Assembly (NCBI GenBank): GCA_965248835.1
Contig: CBDFLJ010000001.1
Location: forward strand, 1,888,001 to 1,952,000
Source of the DNA: Alphaproteobacteria bacterium
GTDB taxonomy: Bacteria > Pseudomonadota > Alphaproteobacteria > MPNO01
Direction of reading: 5' to 3'
DNA: 64,000 nucleotides
Made by a program: the position numbers and the translations under genes. Each line of letters opens with the position of its first letter. Positions within the stretch are counted from its first letter, which is position 1. Of the stretch, positions 1-8,957 are shown piece after piece. Below the pieces are notes generated by a model. The model ran no database searches and was not told where the DNA came from. It was given only the letters and a program-made list of their open reading frames with translations.

Positions 1-1128
1 ATGCTGGGCTGCATCCAGATGCTGCTGAGCGGAACCACCGCTGCAATCGACCACTTTCCCGGCCAGGCCTGCACGTCCGATGATGTCGCCGCGGCGCTTT
101 CGGCCTATCGCGATTCCGGCATGCGGGTCGTGCTTGGTCTGAGATTCTATGACGCGGAATTCGGCGACATCGTCCCGCGCGCAGACGCCATCCCGGCCGA
201 CATCGCGGCGGAGATCGAACGGCTCGACCCGCTTGCGCCGATGAAGCTTGCCGACGTTCGCGCGGTCATGGAGGACGCGATAGCGCGCTGGCACGGCATG
301 GACGGCCGGCTCGGCGTCTTCCCGGCACCGTCCAATCCAGAACGCTGCTCCGATGAAGCGCTGGTGATGTGCGCACAGATCGCCGACCGCCACGACCTCG
401 GCATCCACACCCACCTGCTGGAATCCCGCATCCAGGCGGAGAACGCCCGCAGGGCCTATGGCTGCACGATGGTCGAGCACCTCGACCGGCTCGGCCTGCT
501 CGGCCCGCGCCTGTCGGCCGCCCATGCGATCTGGCTGGAGCCGGCCGATATCGAGCGGCTGGCGGCAAGCGGCGCCGTCGTGGTGCATAATCCGGAGAGC
601 AACATGAAGATCGGCGCCGGTATCGCGCCGATCCCGGAGTTGGTCGCCCATGGCGCGCGGATCGCGCTGGGGACCGACGGGGCCGGCACCAACGACAACC
701 TGATCATGCACGAGGCGCTGCGGCTCGCCGCCACGCTCCATCGGCCGAGACAGCACGCGCGCACCGACTGGCTCGGGGCCGAGGACGTGCTTCGGATGGC
801 GACCCGGGGCGGCGCGGCGGCGCTGATGCAAGCCGACCGCCTTGGGGCGATCGAGGTCGGCAGACGCGCCGATCTGGTGCTCTACCGCCTGGACGCGCCG
901 TGGTGGGTTCCGCTCAACGAGCCGATTTCCCAGCTCGTGTTCGCCGAGAATGGCAGCTCGGTCGACACGGTGATCGTCGACGGCCGCATCCTGGTCGAAG
1001 ACGGCCGCATCACCGCCTTCGATGCCGGGGCGATCCTGGCCGAGGCGAGGCCGATGATGGCGCAGATCCGCGCGCGCAACGCTGATCTGCACGCGCTGGC
1101 CGGACGCATGGCGGCGCTGTTCCCGTGA
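1..1128 (+). CDS. Amidohydrolase, AtzA/TrzA/MTA-SAH deaminase-like (5' end probably outside the window)
   Basis: SGTTAAIDH, HTHLLES, HNPESNMKIGAG, LGTDG and GAIEVGRRADLV motifs; the N-terminal HxH is missing, so it is probably cut by the window edge. Confidence 0.85.
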   Translation: MLGCIQMLLSGTTAAIDHFPGQACTSDDVAAALSAYRDSGMRVVLGLRFYDAEFGDIVPRADAIPADIAAEIERLDPLAPMKLADVRAVMEDAIARWHGMDGRLGVFPAPSNPERCSDEALVMCAQIADRHDLGIHTHLLESRIQAENARRAYGCTMVEHLDRLGLLGPRLSAAHAIWLEPADIERLAASGAVVVHNPESNMKIGAGIAPIPELVAHGARIALGTDGAGTNDNLIMHEALRLAATLHRPRQHARTDWLGAEDVLRMATRGGAAALMQADRLGAIEVGRRADLVLYRLDAPWWVPLNEPISQLVFAENGSSVDTVIVDGRILVEDGRITAFDAGAILAEARPMMAQIRARNADLHALAGRMAALFP

Positions 1129-1153
1129 CCGGTCGCCGGACCGTTGCGGGTGT

Positions 1154-2146
1154 TCAGGCGGCTTGTGCGCCCAGGCCGTGATAGGTTTTGAACCACGCGA
1201 CGAATTTCGGCACCCCGACATCGATCGGCGTGGTCGGCTTGTAGCCCAGATCGCGGGCGATGGCCGAGATGTCGGCGTAGGTCTCCTTCACATCGCCGGG
1301 CTGCATCGGCTGGAAGTTGATCTCCGCCTTGCGGCCGAGGCAGGCCTCCAGCACCTCGATCAGCCGCATCAGCGGCTCGCAGCGGTGGTTGCCGATGTTG
1401 TAGAGCTTATGCGGCGGCGCGTCGCCGGCCGGCGGCGGGTTGTCGAGCGCGGCGACCACCCCGGAGACGATGTCGTCGATGAAGGTGAAATCACGCTTCA
1501 TGTCGCCGTTGTTGAAGACCTCGATCGGCCGTCCCTCGGTGATCGCCTTGGTGAAGATGTAAAGCGCCATGTCCGGCCGGCCCCACGGGCCGTAGACGGT
1601 GAAAAAGCGCAGGCCCGTCTGCGGAATGCCGTATAGATGGCTGTAGCAATGGCTCATATGCTCGTTGGCCTTCTTGGTCGCGGCATACAGCGAGATCGGC
1701 GAGTCGGTCCGGTCCTCGACCGAGAAGGGAAGGCTGGTATTGCCGCCATAGACCGAGCTGGAGCTGGCATAGACGAGGTGCGTGAAGTCCGGCAGGTGCC
1801 GGCAAAGCTCCAGGACCACCATATGGCCGGTCAGGTTCGCATCGACATAAGCGAAGGGGTGGTCGAGCGAATGGCGCACCCCGGCCTGGGCCGCGAGATG
1901 GACCACCCGATCAAGCGCGCCGATGCCTTCCATTGCGGCCGTCACCGCCTCGCGGTCGGCCAGGTCGAGCCTGTGGAAGCTGAATCCGGGCAAGCCCTTG
2001 AGCACGTCCAGGCGCGCCTGCTTGAGCCTGACGTCATAATAGTCGCTGATCGCATCGAGACCGACGACGGTCTCGCCGCGCGCCAGCAGGCGCCGGCTGA
2101 CATGGTATCCGATGAAACCGGCCGCGCCGGTAACAAGAACCGTCAT
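1154..2146 (-). CDS. NAD-dependent epimerase, UDP-glucuronate 4-epimerase-like
   Basis: VLVTGAAGFIG, HLAAQAGVRHS, YAATKK and RFFTVYGPWGRPDMA; start trimmed to ATG at 2146. Confidence 0.9.
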   Translation of the reverse strand: MTVLVTGAAGFIGYHVSRRLLARGETVVGLDAISDYYDVRLKQARLDVLKGLPGFSFHRLDLADREAVTAAMEGIGALDRVVHLAAQAGVRHSLDHPFAYVDANLTGHMVVLELCRHLPDFTHLVYASSSSVYGGNTSLPFSVEDRTDSPISLYAATKKANEHMSHCYSHLYGIPQTGLRFFTVYGPWGRPDMALYIFTKAITEGRPIEVFNNGDMKRDFTFIDDIVSGVVAALDNPPPAGDAPPHKLYNIGNHRCEPLMRLIEVLEACLGRKAEINFQPMQPGDVKETYADISAIARDLGYKPTTPIDVGVPKFVAWFKTYHGLGAQAA

Positions 2147-2267
2147 CGCCTTCGTCCCGTCCTTTAACGGCGCCGCCGGACGGCGCGGCCGCACGCAGGC
2201 TAGCGCATCCTCCGGGAAAATAGAATCGGCGGTGCGCTCAATTCTCTTCGGCCGAGCGGGCGGCCGC

Positions 2268-4661
2268 TCAACGCGCGGCCTCGATCGCCTGAAGGATGCG
2301 CTCGGGCGTGAACGGCTGCACCGAGGCGGTGGCGCCCAGCGGCGCAAGGGCGTCGTTGACGGCAAGCCAGGCGGCCGCGTTGGCCCCGATGGTCCCGGCC
2401 TCGCCGACGCCCTTGGCGCCAAGCACGGTGGACTCTTCCAGCCCCTCGAGATGGGCGGTGACGATGTCGGGCATCTCCGAGGCCATCGGGACGAGATAAT
2501 CGGCCATGGTCGCGTTCAGGAGCTGGCCGTCTTCGTCATACACGCATTCCTCGAAGAACGCCGCGCCCAGACCCTGGACAACACCGCCCCGCAGCTGCTC
2601 ATCGACCAGAAGCGGGTTGATCACCCGGCCGCACTCGTCGACCACCCAGTGGCCGAGCAGCGTGATCTGCCCGGTCTCGGGGTCGAGCTCGAGGTGACAG
2701 CCCTGGGCGCCGTGGGCGACGTAATAGGGGGTCTGGTTGGGCACGTGATGGCGGGTCGCGGCGAGCTCCGGCTGCAGCGCGCCGGGCAGGGTGTCCTGGC
2801 GGAAATGGCCGATCCGCGCGACCTCGGCCAGCGGAATGCGCTCGGTCTCGTCGGCCCGGTCGACCACCGCGCGCCCGACAAGCGCGAGCTTGGCGGGTTC
2901 GGTCTGCAGGATCGGCCCGGCGATGGCCAGGATGTTTTCACGCAACGCCATCGCGGCGGCAAGCGCCGCCTCGCCGCCCATCGCCGTGCCGCGCGACGCC
3001 CAGGCACCGCCGCCGAACGGCGTGACCGCGCTGTCGCCGGAGATGACCTCGACGTCCTCCACCGTGAGGCCGAGCTGATCGGCGACGATCTGGGCGACCG
3101 CGGTCAGCGTCCCCTGGCCTTGATCGGTCAGGCTGGTGATGCAGCGCACCTTGCCCGAGGGCTCGAGCTTCACCGTCGCGCCCTCCTGGGTCGAGACCGG
3201 CGCCTCGGAGGGGCCGTAATAGGCGGGACCGTAGGCGGTCGGCTCGATGAAGGTGGCGACCCCGATGCCGCGGCAGATGCCCCGCGAGGCGGCCTCTTCC
3301 TGCCCGGCGCGCAGGCGCTCGTAGCCCATCACCTCGACCAGCCGGTCGAGCGCGGCGTTGAACGAGATCACCGGCAGGCTCGCGCCGCCGTGGGTCCTGC
3401 GCGGCAGCTCCGATGGCGTGAGGAAATTGCGCCGGCGGAAGGCCACCGGGTCGATGCCGAGCGCGCGCGCCGCCTTGTCGATGAGCTGCTCGGTCACCAC
3501 GCAGGCGATCGGCATGCCCACGCCGCGATACATGCCGACGATCGATTTGTTCACATAGGCCGCACGCATTCGGCCGCGGTAGTGATCGAACCGGTAGGGC
3601 GCGCCGGTGTTGACGATCGCCATCATTCCCTCGGCGATGCCGAAGCGGATATGGGCGGTGAACGGCCCGATCGCCGACAGGTCGTCGATCTCCATCGCGG
3701 CGATGTCGCCCTCGGCGGTGACGGCGATCCGCCCCGTGGCGCTGTGATCGCGGGTGTGAATGTCGTTGCCGAAGGACTCCAGCCGGTCGGCGACGTACTT
3801 GACCGGCCGTGCCAGCAGCTTGGCGATCGCGACCGCTGCTACCTCCTCGCCGTGGACATTGATCTTGAGCCCGAACCCGCCGCCCACGTCGGGACAGATC
3901 ACGCGGATCTTATGGTCGTCAATCCCCAGGAGGCGGGCGTAGACCTCCTGCATCTGGAACGGCGATTGGTGGGATTGATAGACCGTCAGCGATCCATCCG
4001 AGGCCTGGAAGTCGGCGATCAGGTTGCGCGGCTCCAGCGTGACCGCGGTGTGGCGTCCGAAGGTGAAGTCTTGGCTCACCACGGTGTGCGCGCCATCGAA
4101 GGCGGCGTCGGGCGTGCCGGCCTCGATGGTATGGGCGTAAGCGAGGTTGTCGCCGAGCACGGGATGGATGACCGGGCTGCCGGGCGCGAGCGCGGCCTCG
4201 GCATCGTGGACGACCGGCCGCTCCCGCCAGTCGACCATGACCAGCCCGGCCGCGTCCTCGGCGCCGACCCGGGTCTCGGCGACGACCGCGGCCACCGGCT
4301 CGCCCTGCCAATAGGCCGCCTCGATCGCCATCACCGGTTGCGGCGCCGACTTGTGGCCGGGCCGCGCGCCGTGGATCGAGACCATCGGTGCGCAGATCCC
4401 CGCCAGGTCCGTCCCGGTGATCACCCGGACGACCCCCGGCCGCGCGGCCGCCTCCGCCGCGTCGATGCCGACGATTTCCGCATGGGCGTAAGGGCTGCGG
4501 ACGAAGGCGAGGTGCAGCATGCGCGCCAGCACGATGTCGTCGGTATATTGCCCTCTTCCGTGCGCCAACCGCCGCGCGCGGCGGCGCGGCACCGGCTTGC
4601 CGATCTCGCCGCCGGCCAGGACCGGCCCGCCCGCGCCCGCCGTTTCGTTCGCTTGGGTCAT
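2268..4661 (-). CDS. Xanthine dehydrogenase family molybdopterin-binding large subunit (CoxL/QorL-like)
   Basis: VRSPYAHA, DVGGGFGLK, YRGVG, QGQG, ASRG, INPLLVDEQLRGG and KGVGEAG. Confidence 0.9.
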   Translation of the reverse strand: MTQANETAGAGGPVLAGGEIGKPVPRRRARRLAHGRGQYTDDIVLARMLHLAFVRSPYAHAEIVGIDAAEAAARPGVVRVITGTDLAGICAPMVSIHGARPGHKSAPQPVMAIEAAYWQGEPVAAVVAETRVGAEDAAGLVMVDWRERPVVHDAEAALAPGSPVIHPVLGDNLAYAHTIEAGTPDAAFDGAHTVVSQDFTFGRHTAVTLEPRNLIADFQASDGSLTVYQSHQSPFQMQEVYARLLGIDDHKIRVICPDVGGGFGLKINVHGEEVAAVAIAKLLARPVKYVADRLESFGNDIHTRDHSATGRIAVTAEGDIAAMEIDDLSAIGPFTAHIRFGIAEGMMAIVNTGAPYRFDHYRGRMRAAYVNKSIVGMYRGVGMPIACVVTEQLIDKAARALGIDPVAFRRRNFLTPSELPRRTHGGASLPVISFNAALDRLVEVMGYERLRAGQEEAASRGICRGIGVATFIEPTAYGPAYYGPSEAPVSTQEGATVKLEPSGKVRCITSLTDQGQGTLTAVAQIVADQLGLTVEDVEVISGDSAVTPFGGGAWASRGTAMGGEAALAAAMALRENILAIAGPILQTEPAKLALVGRAVVDRADETERIPLAEVARIGHFRQDTLPGALQPELAATRHHVPNQTPYYVAHGAQGCHLELDPETGQITLLGHWVVDECGRVINPLLVDEQLRGGVVQGLGAAFFEECVYDEDGQLLNATMADYLVPMASEMPDIVTAHLEGLEESTVLGAKGVGEAGTIGANAAAWLAVNDALAPLGATASVQPFTPERILQAIEAAR

Positions 4662-4816
4662 GCGGCGCGCATCAAGCCATGGAACGCCGCTGCGCTCAAC
4701 CCGGCCGGGCGCGGGTCCATGCAGCGAATGCGCTTGACGTCTGCGGGTGGATTCATGATGCGGTGTCGTGTTGGATTTGGCAAAGTCCGGGCATGGACTT
4801 CACCGGAGGTGTGATG

Positions 4817-5641
4817 ATGGGCTCGTTGGAGAGCCGTTATGTGACGGCCGCGGGCGTTCGGGTTCACTGCCAGGAGACAGGCTCCGGCGATCCGGTGATC
4901 TGCATCCATGGGGCGGGGCCGGGCGCGAACAGCGCGAGCAATTTCCGCGGCAATATCGATGCACTGGCCGCGCGCTTCCGCGTGGTGCTCTACGACATGC
5001 CGCAGTTCGGCAAGTCGGAGAAGGTCGCGATCACCGGCGGTCGGCTGGCGTTCAATGCGAACGTTCTCGATCAATTCATGGCCGAGACCGGCATCGAGCG
5101 GGCGCATTTCATCGGCAACTCGATGGGCGGGCAGGTCGCGCTCAAGCTGGCGCTCGACCGGCCGGAACGGGTCGACCGGCTGGTGGTTCTGGGCTCTGGC
5201 GCGATCAACAAGGCGGTGTTCACGCCGCTGCCGATCGAGGGCGTGAAGATGATCGGGGCCTATTACAAGGGCGAGGGGCCGACGCGCGAGAAGCTGCGGG
5301 CCCTGTTGGAGACGATCGTCTACGATGCCTCGTTCCTGACCGATGAGGTGCTGGAGGAGCGCTTTGCCGCGAGCACCGAGCCCGAGACGCTGGACCTGTT
5401 CACCAACCGGCAGGGACCCTACCAGAAGGAGGACCTCGGTCCGGACCTCGGGCGGATCGAGGCCGAGACGCTTGTCGTGTGGGGGCTGGACGACCGGTTC
5501 GGGGCGCTCGATGTCGGGCTTCAGATGACCCGTCTGATGCCGCGCTCGCAGATGCATATCTTCTCGCGCTGCGGCCATTGGGCACAGGTCGAGCACGCCC
5601 AGGCGTTCAACCGTCTGGTGATCGGGTTTTTGACCGGCTAA
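4817..5641 (+). CDS. Meta-cleavage product hydrolase (CarC/BphD-type alpha/beta hydrolase)
   Basis: HGAGPGA, GNSMGG nucleophile, WGLDDRF and CGHWAQVE; GGAGGT RBS at 4805-4810. Confidence 0.88.
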   Translation: MGSLESRYVTAAGVRVHCQETGSGDPVICIHGAGPGANSASNFRGNIDALAARFRVVLYDMPQFGKSEKVAITGGRLAFNANVLDQFMAETGIERAHFIGNSMGGQVALKLALDRPERVDRLVVLGSGAINKAVFTPLPIEGVKMIGAYYKGEGPTREKLRALLETIVYDASFLTDEVLEERFAASTEPETLDLFTNRQGPYQKEDLGPDLGRIEAETLVVWGLDDRFGALDVGLQMTRLMPRSQMHIFSRCGHWAQVEHAQAFNRLVIGFLTG

Positions 5642-5653
5642 GGGGAACGCGGC

Positions 5654-6838
5654 ATGGCGGACGGCGAAGCGGGCCTGAACGAGGGGCTGGACAGCGATCT
5701 CTCGAAGCGGCCGTGGCAGCCCTATCTGGAGGCCGCGCTGGGCTTCCGCAACCACTGGTATCCGGCCTGCTTCTCGCCCGAAGTGGAGGATGGCGGGTTC
5801 CTGGCCGTCGAACTCCTGGGCGAGCGGGTGCTGCTCAAGCGCATCGCCGGCCGGGTGCACGCGATCGAGGACCGCTGCGCACACCGCGGGGTGGCGTTTT
5901 CGGCCCGGCCGGAATGCTTCTCGCTCAACACGGTGAGTTGCTGGTATCACGGCTTCACCTACGACATGCGCGACGGCAGGCTGGTGGCGATCATCACCGA
6001 TCCGGACAGCCCGCTGATCGGCAAGGTGGCGCTCAAGACCTACCCGGTCGAAGAGCGCCAGAACGTGGTCTTCGTCTATGTCGGGGACGACCCGCCCCCG
6101 CCGCTGGTAGAGGACGTCCAGCCGGGATTCCTCGACGAGGACCTCTACGTCGCGCCCAACGGCGAGCGCGGCGTGGTCCGCAGCAACTGGCGCTTGGCGG
6201 CGGAGAACGGGGTCGATGCCTCCCACATCTACATCCACCGCAACTCCCGGCTGTTGAATGCCGGCCGCCGGGCGGTGCCCCTGGCGAGCTATTTCGTCAC
6301 CCGCCAGGACATGGTGGTCGAGACCGAAGGCGGTCCCAAGGGCGTGGTCAAGGGTGCCGGGCGCAAGGTCTCGGTGTGGCAGACCGAGGTCGAGGGAAAT
6401 CCGGTCACGACGCAGTACCTCCCGGAAGACAACCCGGAGGAGACCCTGATCACCGACACCTCGCTGTGGCTGCCCTGCGGGCTGAAGGTCGATCCGTTCC
6501 CGGCCAAGGGGATCGTCCATTTCGAATGGTACGTGCCGATCGACGAGCACTCGCACTATTACATCGTCACTTGGGCCAAGCGGGTCTCCGCACAGGCGGA
6601 GCGCGAGCAGTTCGCGCGCGAGGTGGAGACCTATTGGCGCGATCTCGTGGTCGACCGGTTCAACGACGAGGACGTCTTCGCGCGCGAGGCGATGGAGCGG
6701 TTCTACGCCGAGGAGGACGGCTGGAACCGCGAGCGGCTGTTCCGCCCCGACGTGGTGGTCACCGAGTGGCGCAAGCTCGCCAGCCGGTGCAACCGCGGCA
6801 TCCAGCGCCGCGCGCACCCGCGGCCGCAAGACCGGTGA
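5654..6838 (+). CDS. Carbazole 1,9a-dioxygenase-like Rieske oxygenase (CarAa/OxoO family)
   Basis: LGFRNHWYP, CAH...CWYH Rieske motif, NWRLAAENGVDASHIYIH, FEWYVPIDE, AREAM..FY and WRKLAS all match CarAa as recalled. Confidence 0.85.
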   Translation: MADGEAGLNEGLDSDLSKRPWQPYLEAALGFRNHWYPACFSPEVEDGGFLAVELLGERVLLKRIAGRVHAIEDRCAHRGVAFSARPECFSLNTVSCWYHGFTYDMRDGRLVAIITDPDSPLIGKVALKTYPVEERQNVVFVYVGDDPPPPLVEDVQPGFLDEDLYVAPNGERGVVRSNWRLAAENGVDASHIYIHRNSRLLNAGRRAVPLASYFVTRQDMVVETEGGPKGVVKGAGRKVSVWQTEVEGNPVTTQYLPEDNPEETLITDTSLWLPCGLKVDPFPAKGIVHFEWYVPIDEHSHYYIVTWAKRVSAQAEREQFAREVETYWRDLVVDRFNDEDVFAREAMERFYAEEDGWNRERLFRPDVVVTEWRKLASRCNRGIQRRAHPRPQDR

Positions 6839-7116
6839 TGGCGCAGCCCCGCCCCGCATCGGCGCGCTATTGGCTCAACCGGGCCCTGTTCGACCTCGGC
6901 CAAGCGGAGCACCGCGCGACCTTCCACGCCGACAAGGAGGGCTATCTGTCCGGCTACCCGCTGGAACCGGGCGCGCGCGCCGCGCTCCTGGGCCCGGACT
7001 GGTCGGCTCTGGTCGCCGCCGGCGCGCTGCCGAATCTGATCTTCAAGTACTATATGCTCCACGGCCACGCGCCGGAGACCTTCCCACAGGCCCTGGAGGC
7101 CGACCGCCATGGCTGA
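6838..7116 (+). CDS. Extradiol dioxygenase small subunit (CarBa/LigA-like)
   Basis: 92-aa ORF coupled by TGATG overlap; YWLNRALFDL...DWSALVAAGALPNLIFKY; lies directly before a LigB-type gene. Confidence 0.7.
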   Translation: MAQPRPASARYWLNRALFDLGQAEHRATFHADKEGYLSGYPLEPGARAALLGPDWSALVAAGALPNLIFKYYMLHGHAPETFPQALEADRHG

Positions 7117-7948
7117 GCTCTGCCTGGGGCTGGCGACGTCCCATCTGGCCCATATCGTCAACGCGCGCGCCCAGGGCGATGCCGACCAGGTGGCGGGCTT
7201 CGATGCCGGCTACGCGCGGCTGGCCGAGGCGTTGCGCGAGGCAGCGCCGGACGTATGCGTGCTGGTGACCGCCGAGCACGTCAACAAGTTCTTTCTCGAC
7301 AACATGCCGGCCTTCTGCATCGGCCTGTTCGACGCCTTCGCAGGCCCCGTCGAGTCCAAGACCCGCGATGTGGGCTATCCCTGGCGGACGGTGCCGAGCG
7401 ATGCCGGTTTCTCCCGCTACCTGATCGAGCGCGGCCTCGACGGCGGGCCGGGCGGCGGCGTCGACTGGACGGTCTCGGAGTTCTGGGAGGCCGATCACGG
7501 GATCATGGTTCCGCTGCACAAGATCGACCCGGAGGGGGCGGTGCCGGTGGTGCCGGTGTTCGTCAACTGCGGGTCCTCCCCGATGCCTTCGGCCCGGCGC
7601 TGCCACGCGGTGGGGCGTTGGCTCGCCGATGCGGTCGCGGATTGGGACGCCGGGAAGCGGGTCGCGATCATGGCCACCGGCGGCCTGTCGCACTCGGTCG
7701 GCTCGCCCACCCAGGGATTTATCGATGCCGCGTTCGACGAATGGTTCCTCGACCAGCTCGCCTGCGGCCGCGACGAGACGCTGGCGGGGTTGACCGATCC
7801 GCAAATGGACGCGGCAGGCAGCTCCACCGGCGAGGTGCGCGCCTGGATCGTGCTGGCGGGCGCCTTCGCCGGCCGCTCCGCCCAACGCGTCTTCTACGCC
7901 CCCATCAAGGGCTTCGACACCGGATGCGCCCAGGCCCTCTACGCGTGA
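7109..7948 (+). CDS. Class III extradiol dioxygenase catalytic subunit (CarBb/LigB-like)
   Basis: ATSH, EHVNKFF, DHGIMVPL, TGGLSH and GEVRAW metal/catalytic motifs. Confidence 0.88.
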   Translation: MAELCLGLATSHLAHIVNARAQGDADQVAGFDAGYARLAEALREAAPDVCVLVTAEHVNKFFLDNMPAFCIGLFDAFAGPVESKTRDVGYPWRTVPSDAGFSRYLIERGLDGGPGGGVDWTVSEFWEADHGIMVPLHKIDPEGAVPVVPVFVNCGSSPMPSARRCHAVGRWLADAVADWDAGKRVAIMATGGLSHSVGSPTQGFIDAAFDEWFLDQLACGRDETLAGLTDPQMDAAGSSTGEVRAWIVLAGAFAGRSAQRVFYAPIKGFDTGCAQALYA

Positions 7949-7961
7949 GGCCGACGACGGC

Positions 7962-8750
7962 ATGCTGATCCTCTATGAGCATTCGTCCTCGGTTTGCGTC
8001 ATCAAGGTGCGGCTGACCCTGCTGGAGAAGTCCATCGACTACGAAGGCCGCTTCGTCGACCTGCGCGGCGGCGGGCAGTTCGATCCGGACTATCTGAAAA
8101 TCCACCCGGGCGCGGTCGTGCCCGCGCTGGTCCATGACGGCAATGCGATCCTCGAATCCTCGGTGATCCAGTATTACCTCGAAGACGTCTTCCCCGACCC
8201 GGCGATGATGCCCGCCGACCCGCTCGCGCGCTACCGGGTGCGCTGGCTGATGAAGCTCATCGACGATCCGATCCACCCGGCCGTCGGCGTCCTTACCCAT
8301 GCCATTTCCTTCAGGAAGGACTACCGGACGCCCCAGGCGATCGAGGATCGAATGGCCAAGATCCCCGATCCCCGCCGCCGGGACCGCCAGCGCTCGGTCT
8401 ACACCGAGGGTCTGGAGAGCCCCTATGTGATCGATGCGCTGCGGGATTTCCAACGGATGGTCGCGGAAATGGACAAGACCCTGGCCGACGGCCCGTGGCT
8501 CGGCGGCCGGCTCTATTCGCTGGCCGATGCCGCAGCGACGCCCTATGCCAACCGCCTCGACATGCTGGGAATTCTGGACGCGTTTCTCGTCGGTCGTCCG
8601 CGGGTCCGGAACTGGTTCGACCGCATCCGCGCCCGCGAAAGCTTCGATCGGGCGGTCACGCGCTGGTACTCGGCCGATGACGCCGACCGCTTCGCCCCCT
8701 TCGCGGCGGACAGCGCCGAGCGGGTCACCAGGATCCTGGCATCGATCTGA
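7962..8750 (+). CDS. Glutathione S-transferase family protein
   Basis: SSVCVIKVRLTLLEK, VPALVHDG..ILESSVI and WLGGRLYSLAD. Confidence 0.88.
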   Translation: MLILYEHSSSVCVIKVRLTLLEKSIDYEGRFVDLRGGGQFDPDYLKIHPGAVVPALVHDGNAILESSVIQYYLEDVFPDPAMMPADPLARYRVRWLMKLIDDPIHPAVGVLTHAISFRKDYRTPQAIEDRMAKIPDPRRRDRQRSVYTEGLESPYVIDALRDFQRMVAEMDKTLADGPWLGGRLYSLADAAATPYANRLDMLGILDAFLVGRPRVRNWFDRIRARESFDRAVTRWYSADDADRFAPFAADSAERVTRILASI

Positions 8751-8957
8751 AGCGCCGGTCAGGCGCGGTCGTCGGCCAAGCACAGCCCGCAGATGCCGCC
8801 GATGAGGTCGGCCACGGCCTTATCGAAATCGGCACGATAGCCGTGAACCTCGTCCAACCACGCCGGACTTTGCATGGACCTGCGCCCGGCTCTTGCGCGG
8901 TCCTTATGAGCGGCCGGCCTCGGTTGCGCGGGTGTGGTGCCGCAACCTGTCGGCGAG

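Noticed and set aside
2112-4814. 900-aa ORF on + (similarly 4658-6859, 53178-55979, 22034-23536 and 57590-59242)
   Set aside because: These are antisense shadows of well-supported genes in high-GC DNA and carry no recognisable motifs.
8759-8875. Short minus-strand peptide MQSPAWLDEVHGYRADFDKAV
   Set aside because: It cannot be assigned to any family and may be a gene fragment.
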